Positions 12,204 to 22,014 of a DNA stretch of 38,346 bases are shown here, piece after piece. The stretch is from Eubacteriales bacterium (GTDB lineage: Bacteria > Bacillota > Clostridia > Oscillospirales > CAG-272). Within the stretch, counting starts at the first letter, position 1. Each line of letters starts with the position of its first letter. The notes beneath the pieces were generated by a model that ran no database searches, was not told where the DNA came from, and saw nothing but the letters and a program-made list of their open reading frames with translations. Location of the stretch: NCBI GenBank assembly GCA_045586105.1, contig JAZMZS010000097.1, positions 1 to 38,346 on the forward strand, given 5' to 3'. The position numbers were made by a program, and so were the translations under genes.

Positions 12204-12231
12204 ATTATACTCAAAAGCCTCCGAAAATCAA
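12204..12231 (-). promoter_or_regulatory. SigmaA promoter of groESL
   Basis: Minus strand TTGATT-N16-TATAAT just upstream of CIRCE. Confidence 0.7.
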
Positions 12232-12416
12232 TACAAAACGGCTTTTATTAACATTTAGTTTACAATTGAAATCGCACACGCCTTTCCTGTTTGCTAAAAT
12301 CAGTCAAAACTACGGTTTTGCTGCGGAAAATACTCGTTTTGTTCTGCGTATAAAAACGTTTCCTAATATATATATATATTCTGTAAAACAGGATCGATAG
12401 GAGAAAAACGCTTTTT

Positions 12417-13742
12417 ATGCCCGAAAATATACTATCATTTGTCAACACCTATATCGTTTCACCCATATCAAGCTCTGTGCTTTTGATAGCGGGAATAATA
12501 CTGTCGGTGCGGCTGAGATTCTTCCAGTTTTCAAATCCTGTGAAGCTGTGCAGGCTAATGTTCAAAAGAAAAAAAGGCGGTACTTCCCCTTTCAGGGCGC
12601 TGACAGTCGCTCTTGCGGGTACTCTCGGTGTAGGCAACATATCTGGGGTCGCTGTCGCTCTTGCGCTCGGCGGAGCGGGTTCTGTATTCTGGATGTGGGT
12701 AAGTGCCGGGTGTGCCATGATAGTGAAGTATTCGGAGATCGTGCTTGCCGTCCACCACAGAGACGAGACAGACGGAGAGGTTCACGGAGGCGCTATGTAT
12801 TACATAAAAAGGGGGCTGAAAAGAAAAGGCACCGCCTCTGTTCTTGCAGGATGCTTTGCGGCGTTTTGTATATTTGCTTCACTGACTACGGGAAGTATAA
12901 TACAGGTCAACGCCGTATCCGAGGCGCTATACGGGTGCTTCGGTATTTCTCCTGTCCGGATCGGTCTCTTAATGGCGGCGGCATGTGCCCTAACGCTTTT
13001 TTCAAAAAAGAAGGACAGAATATCCGATGTCACGGTCAGGCTCGTTCCGATAATGAGCCTTATGTTCATATCGCTTTCTCTTATGATAATATTTACAAAT
13101 ATCAGAATGCTTCCCGACATTCTGGGCAGCATTATCGAGGATGCCTTTACTCCCTCCTCAGCCGTCGGCGGTATAGGAGGATTCGTGTTCTCGCGCGGTG
13201 TCAGATTCGGTGTCACGAAGGGGCTTTTTTCTAACGAGGCAGGCTGCGGAACATCTACCATTGCTCACGCCCGGGCAAATGCCGCATCTCCGAAAAGCCA
13301 GGGCGTATGGGGAATATTTGAGGTGTTTTTTGATACGGTCGTACTATGCACCCTGACGGCAGTAGTCCTCCTGATATGCTACGGCAATTCGGTTCCGAGC
13401 GAGGGAGGAGGGGTAATGGTCGCACTCTCGGCATACGGCTCATCACTCGGAGAGCCTGCCAAGTATGCCCTTGCCTCGGCGATCGTTCTGTTCGCATTTG
13501 CCACGGTCATTTGCTGGGCTTATTACGGATGCGAATGTGTGCGTTTTTTTACAAAGCAGAGCCCGGCAAAAACCGTGTATCTATTTATATACATTCTGTC
13601 GGTCATTTACGGAGCTGTTGCCTCTTCTTCATTGATTTGGGAGCTGGCGGATCTTACTATATGCATTATGATGAGTGTGAATACTCTTTGCATATGCGCC
13701 ATGAGTGACACGGTGTATTCGCTGTCAAAAGCAAAAGGGTGA
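12417..13742 (+). CDS. Alanine/glycine:cation symporter family (AGCS, AlsT-like) amino acid carrier
   Basis: ALAGTLGVGNISGVA, GGAGSVFWMW, GGAMYYI, GLFSNEAGCGTS; many hydrophobic helices. Confidence 0.92.
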   Translation: MPENILSFVNTYIVSPISSSVLLIAGIILSVRLRFFQFSNPVKLCRLMFKRKKGGTSPFRALTVALAGTLGVGNISGVAVALALGGAGSVFWMWVSAGCAMIVKYSEIVLAVHHRDETDGEVHGGAMYYIKRGLKRKGTASVLAGCFAAFCIFASLTTGSIIQVNAVSEALYGCFGISPVRIGLLMAAACALTLFSKKKDRISDVTVRLVPIMSLMFISLSLMIIFTNIRMLPDILGSIIEDAFTPSSAVGGIGGFVFSRGVRFGVTKGLFSNEAGCGTSTIAHARANAASPKSQGVWGIFEVFFDTVVLCTLTAVVLLICYGNSVPSEGGGVMVALSAYGSSLGEPAKYALASAIVLFAFATVICWAYYGCECVRFFTKQSPAKTVYLFIYILSVIYGAVASSSLIWELADLTICIMMSVNTLCICAMSDTVYSLSKAKG

Positions 13743-13765
13743 AGATCAAAACGCTTCACCCTTTG
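13733..13765. terminator. Probable bidirectional terminator between the symporter and hom
   Basis: 11-bp inverted repeat AAAGGGTGAAG / CTTCACCCTTT between convergent stops. Confidence 0.65.
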
Positions 13766-13769
13766 ATTA

Positions 13770-14975
13770 TTAAAGCACACAAATATCAGCAAGAATGGTA
13801 AGAGAGCACTTCTCTTGTATGGCAGTGAGGTCATTATCGCTGAGAGGTCCTGTAATTACCGCAACCTCATCCTTGTCGGCGATCATTTGCTTAATAGATA
13901 TGCCGGACGCCATCAACGTGTCCTTCTCGGATGCCGGAACGCTGATGTATCTCGAATATGCGTATTCATTATAATCGTACACATCGCATTCGCACGCACG
14001 CTCCCAGAAGATCTTTTTGGGCTGATCCCCCGAAACTACTATATCGACAATATCGGAAACGACTGCGCTCGCCGTAGGCTCGGCACCTGCTCCTCTGCCG
14101 TAGAACATTACGTCTCCCGTATAATCACCACATGCGAGGATACCGTTGAAGACGTCGGCGATCGAGTAGAGCGGGTTTGATTCGGGAACAAAGCACGGGC
14201 GCACACACTCAACGATCCTTCCGTCTTCTTTCCACGCACTTCCGATGAGCTTGATCTTAGCGTTGCACTCAGCGGCAGCCTCATGGTCGCGCAGACGTAT
14301 CTTTGTGATTCCCTTGCAGCTTATCCTGGATGTATCAAGAAGCTTGCCGAAGCATATAGCACCGAGGATACATGTCTTTCTCATAGCGTCGATACCCTCT
14401 ACATCAGCTGTGGGATCAGCCTCCGCGTATCCCTTCTTCTGAGCATCGGCAAGAACATCTGCAAAGTCACGCTTATGATCGGTCATCTGAGTGAGTATGT
14501 AGTTTGTGGTTCCGTTGAGTATTCCGTGAACCGAGGAGATATCGTTGGCGCTCATGTCATTCATAAGAGGACGGAGAACCGGGATCCCGCCACCCACGCT
14601 TGCCTCAAAGAGGTAGGAAACACCGCACTCACGCGCAAGCTCGGTGAGCTCCACTCCGAAGTTGGCGACGACCTCCTTGTTGGAGGAAACAACGCTCTTC
14701 CCTGCCTTAAAGCAGGCACAGGTAAACTCGAATGCGGGATGAGAGCCTCCGATGACCTCTGCGACGATGCTGATCTCGGGGTCACTTAAAATATCGTTTA
14801 TATCATGTGTTATTCTATCGGCAAAGGGGCTGTCGGGAAAATCTCTTAAGTCAAGTATTTTTTTGACGTATATCTTCTCCCCTGTTTTCTTCTCTATTAT
14901 CTCGGCGTTCTCGGTCAAAAGGCGGGCAGTTCCGCTTCCGACAACACCAAATCCAAGTATAGCTACGTTGATCAT
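13770..14975 (-). CDS. hom: Homoserine dehydrogenase
   Basis: Rossmann motif GFGVVGSG, FEASVGGGIP, GILNGTTNYIL, GYAEADPTADVEG, GRGAGAEPTASAV; start set at ATG 14975 (GGAG RBS), alternative 14987. Confidence 0.95.
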   Translation of the reverse strand: MINVAILGFGVVGSGTARLLTENAEIIEKKTGEKIYVKKILDLRDFPDSPFADRITHDINDILSDPEISIVAEVIGGSHPAFEFTCACFKAGKSVVSSNKEVVANFGVELTELARECGVSYLFEASVGGGIPVLRPLMNDMSANDISSVHGILNGTTNYILTQMTDHKRDFADVLADAQKKGYAEADPTADVEGIDAMRKTCILGAICFGKLLDTSRISCKGITKIRLRDHEAAAECNAKIKLIGSAWKEDGRIVECVRPCFVPESNPLYSIADVFNGILACGDYTGDVMFYGRGAGAEPTASAVVSDIVDIVVSGDQPKKIFWERACECDVYDYNEYAYSRYISVPASEKDTLMASGISIKQMIADKDEVAVITGPLSDNDLTAIQEKCSLTILADICVL

Positions 14976-15014
14976 TTCTGTCTCCATTTGATTTTAGTGT
15001 GAATATTTACATCA

Positions 15015-15043
15015 ATTATACTGCAAGTAAGCCGAAATGTCAA
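15015..15043 (-). promoter_or_regulatory. Consensus sigmaA promoter of hom
   Basis: Minus strand TTGACA-N17-TATAAT. Confidence 0.8.
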
Positions 15044-15057
15044 CATTTCGTTTTGTA

Positions 15058-15086
15058 TTTACTTTATTATTACGGTATGCTATAAT
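15058..15086 (+). promoter_or_regulatory. SigmaA promoter of the radical SAM gene (extended -10)
   Basis: TTTACT-N17-TATAAT with TGn before the -10. Confidence 0.65.
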
Positions 15087-15110
15087 AATGACAGAAGGAA
15101 GGTATATCAC

Positions 15111-16076
15111 ATGAAGCTGACACAGGTAGATACAAATCCCTTTGAATACTCAAACACGAACAAAAGATATCATACCTATGACTATTACCTCAAAAACAAA
15201 TTCGGCGGGAAGGTAGCAAAGATCCCGCTCGACTGCGGCTTTAGCTGTCCGAACATTGACGGAAGCAAGGGACACGGCGGATGCATCTACTGCTCGGAGC
15301 GAGGTAGCGGGGATTTTTCGCAGCCTGCGGCAATGCCGATAAGCGAGCAGTTCTCTGCGATGTTCGAGGTGATGAAGAGAAAATGGGACACCGACATGGC
15401 TATTCCCTACTTTCAGGCTCATACGAACACTTACGCTCCCGTTGATATATTAAGAAGGCTCTATTATGAGGCGTTGTCGCTTGACGGAGTCGTTGGACTT
15501 AACATAGCGACCCGTGCGGACTGTCTGTCGGAAAAAGTACTGGCTCTCCTTGCAGAGATAGCAGAAAAAACGGTTTTGACTGTGGAGCTCGGACTGCAGA
15601 GCGTTCACGAAAAGACGGCAAAGCTGATAAACAGATGCCACACCTACGATGAATTCTGCGACGGATATAAAAGGCTGAGAGCGGCATCTGAGAAGATAGG
15701 CATCTGCGTTCATCTGATCGAGGGGCTTCCCGGGGAGAATCACGAAATGATGGTGGAGAGTGCAAGGCAGTTAGCCTCACTTCATCCGGACCAGATCAAG
15801 CTGCATTGTCTGAACGTTCTCAAAAACACAGCGCTCGCATCGCTTTATGAATCGGGCAGATACACACCGATAACAAAGGACGAGTTTGTTTCGGTCGTCT
15901 GCGACAGCCTAGAGCTCTTCCCTGCGGATATAGTAATAGGAAGACTGACAGGAGATGCCGACAGAAAAAAACTGATAGAGCCGATATGGTCCCAAAAAAA
16001 GACCGAGGTCATCAATGCGATCGACCGTGAGCTCTACCGCAGAAACTCTTATCAAGGGATATATGCCGCCGACTGA
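15111..16076 (+). CDS. TIGR01212 family radical SAM protein (YhcC/YtqA-like; YtqA has been linked to tRNA wobble-uridine modification)
   Basis: Family-typical cluster motif GFSCPNIDGSKGHGGCIYC, YFQAHTNTY, IATRADC, VELGLQS, INRCH. Confidence 0.9.
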   Translation: MKLTQVDTNPFEYSNTNKRYHTYDYYLKNKFGGKVAKIPLDCGFSCPNIDGSKGHGGCIYCSERGSGDFSQPAAMPISEQFSAMFEVMKRKWDTDMAIPYFQAHTNTYAPVDILRRLYYEALSLDGVVGLNIATRADCLSEKVLALLAEIAEKTVLTVELGLQSVHEKTAKLINRCHTYDEFCDGYKRLRAASEKIGICVHLIEGLPGENHEMMVESARQLASLHPDQIKLHCLNVLKNTALASLYESGRYTPITKDEFVSVVCDSLELFPADIVIGRLTGDADRKKLIEPIWSQKKTEVINAIDRELYRRNSYQGIYAAD

Positions 16077-16167
16077 CAATGTATTATATTGCGGTTTTTT
16101 GTGTAATTAGCACAAATTCAGTCGATCAATTTCTACTTTTGCACAGCAGAAAATATAAAAAGTACTA

Positions 16168-16196
16168 TTGAAATAAAAATCCTTATACGATATAAT
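16168..16196 (+). promoter_or_regulatory. SigmaA promoter of the EF-G paralogue
   Basis: TTGAAA-N17-TATAAT about 75 nt upstream of the start. Confidence 0.75.
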
Positions 16197-16271
16197 AAAC
16201 GTATAAGGATTTTTTCTGTTGATATTCTCACTTTGACTATCCTTCAATTTCAACACAAGGAGCAACTACCC

Positions 16272-18326
16272 ATGGAAAAGATGATCACCAAAAACATCAG
16301 AAACATCGCCCTGCTGGGTCACGGCGGAGGCGGAAAGACTTCTCTTGCTGAATCGATGCTGTATCTGTGCAAGTGCACCGACCGTCTCGGCAAGACTCCC
16401 GAAGGAAATACTGTATGCGATTATGACGCAGAAGAAATAAAGCGCGGCTATTCGATCAGCGCGTGCACAGCACCCGTAGTATGGAAGGATATCAAGATCA
16501 ATATTCTCGACACCCCCGGATACCTCGACTTCCAGGCTGAGGTACGCCAGGCGGTAAGAGTTGCTGACGCTGCCATTATCGTCGTAGACGGCAAGGCAGG
16601 CATCGAGGTCGGCACTGAGCTCGCATGGGATTATGCAACCGATGCGGGGATCCCCAAGGCGTTCTTTATCAACAAGTTCGACGATCCCGAGGCAAGATTC
16701 AACCGCGTATTCACTTCCCTGCGCGACACCTTCGGCGTTGCTGTATGTCCCGTCATTATACCTATGATAGACGTTGACAAGGTCGTGGGCTTCCTTAATC
16801 TCGTCGATATGAGAGTTCTCGTTTACGACAAGGAAGGAAACCTCGTTGAGGGCTCTATTCCCGAAAACTATATCGAGACCGCAAATCACTACCGTGACAT
16901 GCTTCTTGAATCGATAGCACAGACAAGCGATGAGCTGATGGAGAAGTATTTTGCAGGTGAGGAGATCACCAATGACGAGTCACACGAGGCTATCCACGAG
17001 GGTATCATCCACGGAAGCATCGTTCCCGTATTCTGCGGAGCTGCTACCAAGATGTGGGGTGTAAGAACACTCATGGACACCATCAACGCTTCCTTCCCCC
17101 GTCCTACTGCAAGAGTAAACGAAAAGCTCGCTGACGGAACGGAAAAGGCTATAGAAAAGGAAGGCGGAGAGACTGCACTCTTCGTATTCAAGACTGTCGC
17201 TGACCCCTTCGTCGGTAAGATGTCCTTCTTCAAGGTCATGAACGGCGAGGTCAAGCGTGATATGACACTCACCAACACCACAACGGGGGCACAGGAGAAG
17301 CTTGCGCGCATCTACATAGTACGCGGAAAGAAGCAGATCGAGGTCGATTCTCTTGCTTGCGGTGATATCGGTATGACCGCAAAGCTCGTTAAAACCAACA
17401 CCAACGACACTCTGACCGCAGGCTCAAACATCAAGTATATGCCTATAACCTATCCCAATCCCTATATGGCAAAGGGTATCGTTCCCGCAGCCAAGGGAGA
17501 CGAGGACAAGATATCTCAGGGTATCGCAAAGCTGCTTGAGGAGGATCTCACCGTTAAGTATGAGAACAACGCCGAAACCAAGCAGATGCTCATCTACGGT
17601 ATCGGTGATATCCATCTTGACGTTCTCGTTTCAAAGCTGAAATCCAGATTCGGCACGAGCGTAAATCTTACAGACAGAAAGATCCCCTACCGCGAGACTA
17701 TCACCAAGTCCTGTGACGTCGAAGGAAAGCATAAAAAGCAGTCGGGAGGTCACGGTCAGTACGGACACGTTAAGATCAAGTTCTCTTACGGAGAGGCTGA
17801 GGGTCTTACCTTCTCAGAATCCACATTCGGCGGATCGGTACCCAAGAACTTCCATCCCGCAGTAGAAAAGGGACTTCTCGAATCAATGCAGAAGGGTGTT
17901 GCGGGATATCCTCTGATCCACCTTGCGGCAGATCTTTATGACGGCTCTTATCATGACGTTGACTCGAACGAGCTTTCCTTCAAGATGGCAGCATCCCTCG
18001 CTTACAAAGAAATGCTCAACAAGGCAGGCCCTGTTATTCTCGAGCCTGTCGGAGAGCTTAACGTCACAGTTCCCGAGGCTATGGTCGGTGATGCTATGGG
18101 TGACCTGAACAAGCGCAGAGGCGTTATAAAGGGTATGAACCCCGCAAAGAAGAAGGGATATACTACCATCGATGCTGACGTTCCTCAGGCAGAAATGGCT
18201 GATTACACGATAGCACTCAGAGCATTCACTCAGGGTCGCGGATTCTTCGAATACGAGGTTACGGGTTACGAGCAGGTGCCCGCTAACATAGCTCAAAAGA
18301 TCATCAAGGAAAACGCAGCTGAATAA
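16272..18326 (+). CDS. fusA: Elongation factor G-like protein (EF-G II / EF-G2 paralogue)
   Basis: IRNIALLGHGGGGKTS, LDTPGY, INKFD, HKKQSGGHGQYG, DGSYHDVDS, ILEP, TQGRG; not in the str operon; AAGGAG RBS before ATG 16272. Confidence 0.92.
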   Translation: MEKMITKNIRNIALLGHGGGGKTSLAESMLYLCKCTDRLGKTPEGNTVCDYDAEEIKRGYSISACTAPVVWKDIKINILDTPGYLDFQAEVRQAVRVADAAIIVVDGKAGIEVGTELAWDYATDAGIPKAFFINKFDDPEARFNRVFTSLRDTFGVAVCPVIIPMIDVDKVVGFLNLVDMRVLVYDKEGNLVEGSIPENYIETANHYRDMLLESIAQTSDELMEKYFAGEEITNDESHEAIHEGIIHGSIVPVFCGAATKMWGVRTLMDTINASFPRPTARVNEKLADGTEKAIEKEGGETALFVFKTVADPFVGKMSFFKVMNGEVKRDMTLTNTTTGAQEKLARIYIVRGKKQIEVDSLACGDIGMTAKLVKTNTNDTLTAGSNIKYMPITYPNPYMAKGIVPAAKGDEDKISQGIAKLLEEDLTVKYENNAETKQMLIYGIGDIHLDVLVSKLKSRFGTSVNLTDRKIPYRETITKSCDVEGKHKKQSGGHGQYGHVKIKFSYGEAEGLTFSESTFGGSVPKNFHPAVEKGLLESMQKGVAGYPLIHLAADLYDGSYHDVDSNELSFKMAASLAYKEMLNKAGPVILEPVGELNVTVPEAMVGDAMGDLNKRRGVIKGMNPAKKKGYTTIDADVPQAEMADYTIALRAFTQGRGFFEYEVTGYEQVPANIAQKIIKENAAE

Positions 18327-18352
18327 TTTGAATATATAAATTTGAATATATA
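18325..18352. repeat. 14-bp tandem duplication AATTTGAATATATA x2
   Basis: Read directly at 18325-18338 and 18339-18352. Confidence 0.8.
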
Positions 18353-18393
18353 AAAAGGAAGCGGTCTCAAAAAGCCGCTTCCTTTTTATATAT
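18346..18393. terminator. Bidirectional intrinsic terminator between the EF-G paralogue and ugd
   Basis: Perfect 19-bp inverted repeat ATATATAAAAAGGAAGCGG / CCGCTTCCTTTTTATATAT with a T-run on both strands. Confidence 0.88.
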
Positions 18394-18400
18394 CCGCTGA

Positions 18401-19642
18401 TCAGTCTCTGTTGAAAATATCTCTTGTGTAGACCTTTTCCTTAACGTCATCAAGAACGCTGTCATATCTGTTGGCTATAATTGCGTGGCTCATGCTTTTG
18501 AATCTTTCAAGATCGTTTACTACCTCACTGCCAAAGAAGGTGGAGCCGTCCTCGAGTGTAGGCTCATAAACGATGACCTTGGCGCCCTTTGCCTTGATCC
18601 TCTTCATTACTCCCTGAATAGCACTCTGTCTGAAGTTATCGCTGTTGCTCTTCATAGTAAGTCTGTATACACCAACAACGCTTTCCTTCTCAAGCTTGGC
18701 ATCCCAATCGCCGTTAGCAAGGCTGTAGCCTGCGGTATGAAGAACTCTGTCCGCGATAAAGTCCTTTCTCGTTCTGTTCGACTCAACGATAGCCTCGATA
18801 AGGTTCTCGGGAACGTCAGAATAGTTTGCGAGCAGCTGCTTTGTGTCCTTAGGCAGGCAGTAACCGCCGTAACCGAAGGAGGGGTTGTTATAATGCTCGC
18901 CAATACGGGGGTCAAGGCAGACACCCTTTATGATCTGCTGAGTATTGAGTCCCTTGAGCTCCGCATATGTATCAAGCTCGTTGAAAAAGCTTACTCTGAG
19001 GGCAAGGTAAGTATTGGCAAACAGCTTTACTGCCTCGGCTTCGGTAAAGCCCATGTAAAGAATATCCACATCCTCTTTGATCGCTCCGTGCTTAAGAAGA
19101 CCCGCAAACGTCTTTGCAGCCTCAACAAGACGTTCGTCCTCAAGGTCGGTTCCCACGATTATTCGGGATGGATAGAGGTTATCGTAGAGCGCCTTGCTCT
19201 CGCGCAAGAACTCGGGGCTGAATATGATATTGCTGCTGCCCGTTTTTTCCCTAATGCTCTTGGTGTATCCCACGGGAATGGTAGATTTGATTATCATTAC
19301 AGCATCGGGGTTGACCTTCATCACGGTGGAAATAACATTCTCTACCGCGGAGGTGTCAAAATAGTTCTTCGTTGAGTCGTAGTTCGTAGGCGCCGCTATA
19401 ACTACAAATTCCGCATCCTTGTATGCCGCCTCAGCATCGAGTGTGGCTACAAGATCGAGCTCCTTTGTGGCAAGATACTCTTCTATCTCATTATCCTGGA
19501 TAGGTGATTTTTTGTTGTTGATCATCTCTACCTTCTCGGGTATGATATCAACTGCCGTTACGTGATTGTGCTGTGAAAGAAGAACGCTGATGCTCAGACC
19601 TACGTATCCTGTTCCTGCTACTGCGATATTATGCTTTTTCAT
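18401..19642 (-). CDS. ugd: UDP-glucose 6-dehydrogenase
   Basis: [40 protein letters not shown], catalytic GGYCLPKD; start set at ATG 19642 (GAGGT RBS). Confidence 0.95.
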   Translation of the reverse strand: MKKHNIAVAGTGYVGLSISVLLSQHNHVTAVDIIPEKVEMINNKKSPIQDNEIEEYLATKELDLVATLDAEAAYKDAEFVVIAAPTNYDSTKNYFDTSAVENVISTVMKVNPDAVMIIKSTIPVGYTKSIREKTGSSNIIFSPEFLRESKALYDNLYPSRIIVGTDLEDERLVEAAKTFAGLLKHGAIKEDVDILYMGFTEAEAVKLFANTYLALRVSFFNELDTYAELKGLNTQQIIKGVCLDPRIGEHYNNPSFGYGGYCLPKDTKQLLANYSDVPENLIEAIVESNRTRKDFIADRVLHTAGYSLANGDWDAKLEKESVVGVYRLTMKSNSDNFRQSAIQGVMKRIKAKGAKVIVYEPTLEDGSTFFGSEVVNDLERFKSMSHAIIANRYDSVLDDVKEKVYTRDIFNRD

Positions 19643-19667
19643 TATACTTACCTCTCTATATGTCCTT

Positions 19668-20729
19668 TCAATTATAAAACTCTTTATACCACTCGGCAAA
19701 TCTGCGCAGACCTTCCCGCAGTGTGGTGGTGGGCTTGAAGCCGAAATCTCTCTCAAGTGCACTTGTATCGGCAAACGTCACCTCGACGTCTCCCGACTGC
19801 ATGGGAACCAATTTCTTGTGCTTTTCAAAATCGTAGTCCGATGGCAGCACTCCTGCTCTCACAAGCTCCTGCTGGAGGATATCAACAAAGTCAAGCAGGT
19901 TCTCGGGATTGCTGTTTCCTATATTGTAGAGCGAGTAAGGCGCCGAGCGCAAGCCGTTTTCCTCGATCGTGCTCTCGGGTGCCTTCTGCATCACTCTGAG
20001 TACACCTTCAACGATGTCATCTACGTATGTAAAGTCACGCTTGCAGTTTCCGTAATTAAATATCTGTATATCCTCTCCGCGTACAAGCTTGTCGGTAAAT
20101 CCGAAATAAGCCATATCCGGACGCCCTGCAGGTCCGTATACGGTAAAGAACCGAAGGCCTGTGCAAGGTATACCGTAGAGCTTTGCATAAGCGTGAGCCA
20201 TCAGCTCATTTGACTTTTTTGTTGCGGCATACAGTGACACGGGATTATCCACCTTGTCATCTACCGAATAGGGGATCTTCGAATTACTTCCGTACACAGA
20301 GGAGCTCGATGCATAGACAAGATGCTCTACTCCCTTGCTTCCGTTATCATACGAATGCCTGCAAGCCTCAAGAATGTTATAAAAACCGATAATATTTGAA
20401 TCAATATAAACGCCTGGATTTGTGATCGAATATCTTACCCCTGCCTGTGCGGCAAGGTTTACAACTATATCGGGACGATACCTCTCGAATATTCCGTCAA
20501 TAACGCTCTTATCCGATATAGAGTCTCTGATGAACACGAACCGCTCGGAGGGGATCAATTCACCGAGCCTGTACTCCTTGAGGCTGACGTCGTAATAATC
20601 GTTGACGTTATCTATACCGATGACGGTCACATCCGATCGCCCGAGAAGCCTCTTTGCCAGGTTTGCTCCGATAAAGCCCGCCGCGCCTGTCAAAAGGACT
20701 GTTTTGTTTGAAATATCAATTGTTTTCAC
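19668..20729 (-). CDS. NAD-dependent epimerase, UDP-glucuronate 4-epimerase type
   Basis: [55 protein letters not shown]; GTG start. Confidence 0.88.
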   Translation of the reverse strand: MKTIDISNKTVLLTGAAGFIGANLAKRLLGRSDVTVIGIDNVNDYYDVSLKEYRLGELIPSERFVFIRDSISDKSVIDGIFERYRPDIVVNLAAQAGVRYSITNPGVYIDSNIIGFYNILEACRHSYDNGSKGVEHLVYASSSSVYGSNSKIPYSVDDKVDNPVSLYAATKKSNELMAHAYAKLYGIPCTGLRFFTVYGPAGRPDMAYFGFTDKLVRGEDIQIFNYGNCKRDFTYVDDIVEGVLRVMQKAPESTIEENGLRSAPYSLYNIGNSNPENLLDFVDILQQELVRAGVLPSDYDFEKHKKLVPMQSGDVEVTFADTSALERDFGFKPTTTLREGLRRFAEWYKEFYN

Positions 20730-20754
20730 TATCTATCCTACCTTCCGAAAGTCA

Positions 20755-21732
20755 TTATCTTCTGCCGAGGATCTTCAAGACAAGCCTTTTGGCTTTATCC
20801 GTATACTTGTTCATTTTTTTCTTGAACCTATATGAAAAGCCGTATTCGCTGTATTTTTTCGCGATCTTCTCAAATGTAAGTCTGTGATAATCATCCCAGA
20901 ACCGTCCTCTCTCGGGGGGACACGGAAACGGTCCCTTGAGCGGAGGCTGCATGCTGTCCTCAAGCTTTGTCTGCTTGAAATCCACACTATGGCAAGCTCT
21001 CTCGAAATATGTCCTGCCGAGCTCATTGTTTACAAGAACAAGCGAAACACCCTTATCATCGTTAAAGCCGGGTGCCGCCTTGTCAATTCCCCAATAATCG
21101 GCAATAGTGATATCTGCGGGATGCATTACTCCTTTATACGGGCACTTATAGCAGCTCGGTCTGAGAATGTTGTGGGCATAAAACAGTGAAGTATATACAC
21201 GACTGTCTATCTGCTTTCCGTTATCAAGATCTAACGTTTCTATATGGGTAGACCATCCGAAGCGCTTGTTTCGGAAATCAAGGTGCGTGACCTTTGCTCC
21301 GTTCTTGCTCTCCTGCCATGTCAGGTAATCCCTCAGGACGAGTGGGCTCGGAACTCCGTGACATACGATATCCATGCACAAAAGTCCATCATATTCCCCT
21401 CCGAGGAACGCCTTAAGTCCTGCTATCTGACATGAGGTTCCGCTGAAAAGGACCTTTTTGCCTTCGAGCAGATCGACCTTGACGCTTCTGAATATATCAG
21501 ATGTATTACTCTGTACGTATTTTGATCCGCGCATACGGTCACGCTCATCAGCCGTGGCTGCTCTGAGGTGATGCGCAGTAAAGGAATCGTCGAGCACACA
21601 TCCGTATACGATTCCGCCCTCCTCAAGTATCAGATCGGATACTGCTGTAAATATCCCTCCCGATCTGGAAGCCGCACGGATCACTTCGTCCTTATGCTTG
21701 ACAGCATATACGATTGGCTTTTCAAAGTTCAT
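20755..21732 (-). CDS. Coenzyme F420 hydrogenase/dehydrogenase beta-subunit (FrhB/FdhB) family flavo-Fe-S protein
   Basis: SRSGGIF, RGSKYVQS, GTSCQIAGL, DIVCHGVPS, LRPSCYKC, DITIADYWG. Confidence 0.85.
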   Translation of the reverse strand: MNFEKPIVYAVKHKDEVIRAASRSGGIFTAVSDLILEEGGIVYGCVLDDSFTAHHLRAATADERDRMRGSKYVQSNTSDIFRSVKVDLLEGKKVLFSGTSCQIAGLKAFLGGEYDGLLCMDIVCHGVPSPLVLRDYLTWQESKNGAKVTHLDFRNKRFGWSTHIETLDLDNGKQIDSRVYTSLFYAHNILRPSCYKCPYKGVMHPADITIADYWGIDKAAPGFNDDKGVSLVLVNNELGRTYFERACHSVDFKQTKLEDSMQPPLKGPFPCPPERGRFWDDYHRLTFEKIAKKYSEYGFSYRFKKKMNKYTDKAKRLVLKILGRR

Positions 21733-21758
21733 ATAGACCTCTTGATATCATATAATAA

Positions 21759-21998
21759 TTACGCCTTGATATATCCCTTGTTCGTCTGGTCAAGCTTGAA
21801 TGCGCAGACGGACAGGCACTTGAGACACCTGATGCAAATACCCGCATCTATCTCGGGATACAGAAATCCTTCCCCGTCCTCTTTTGCGTATATCGCACCG
21901 ACAGGACATACAGAGAGACATGCAAAGCATCCGCAGCAGTTTTCCTTTTTTTCGTATAACCGAGGGGTCGGATCCTCTTTTTTATTCGATCTATCCAT
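21759..21998 (-). CDS. 2x[4Fe-4S] ferredoxin-like protein
   Basis: CCGCFACLSVCP and CIRCLKCLSVC; own GGAGG RBS. Confidence 0.85.
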   Translation of the reverse strand: MDRSNKKEDPTPRLYEKKENCCGCFACLSVCPVGAIYAKEDGEGFLYPEIDAGICIRCLKCLSVCAFKLDQTNKGYIKA

Positions 21999-22014
21999 TA
22001 TTAGAAAGCCTCCG

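Noticed and set aside
14976-15014. T-box or SAM/lysine riboswitch upstream of hom
   Set aside because: The leader between promoter and start is only about 30 nt.
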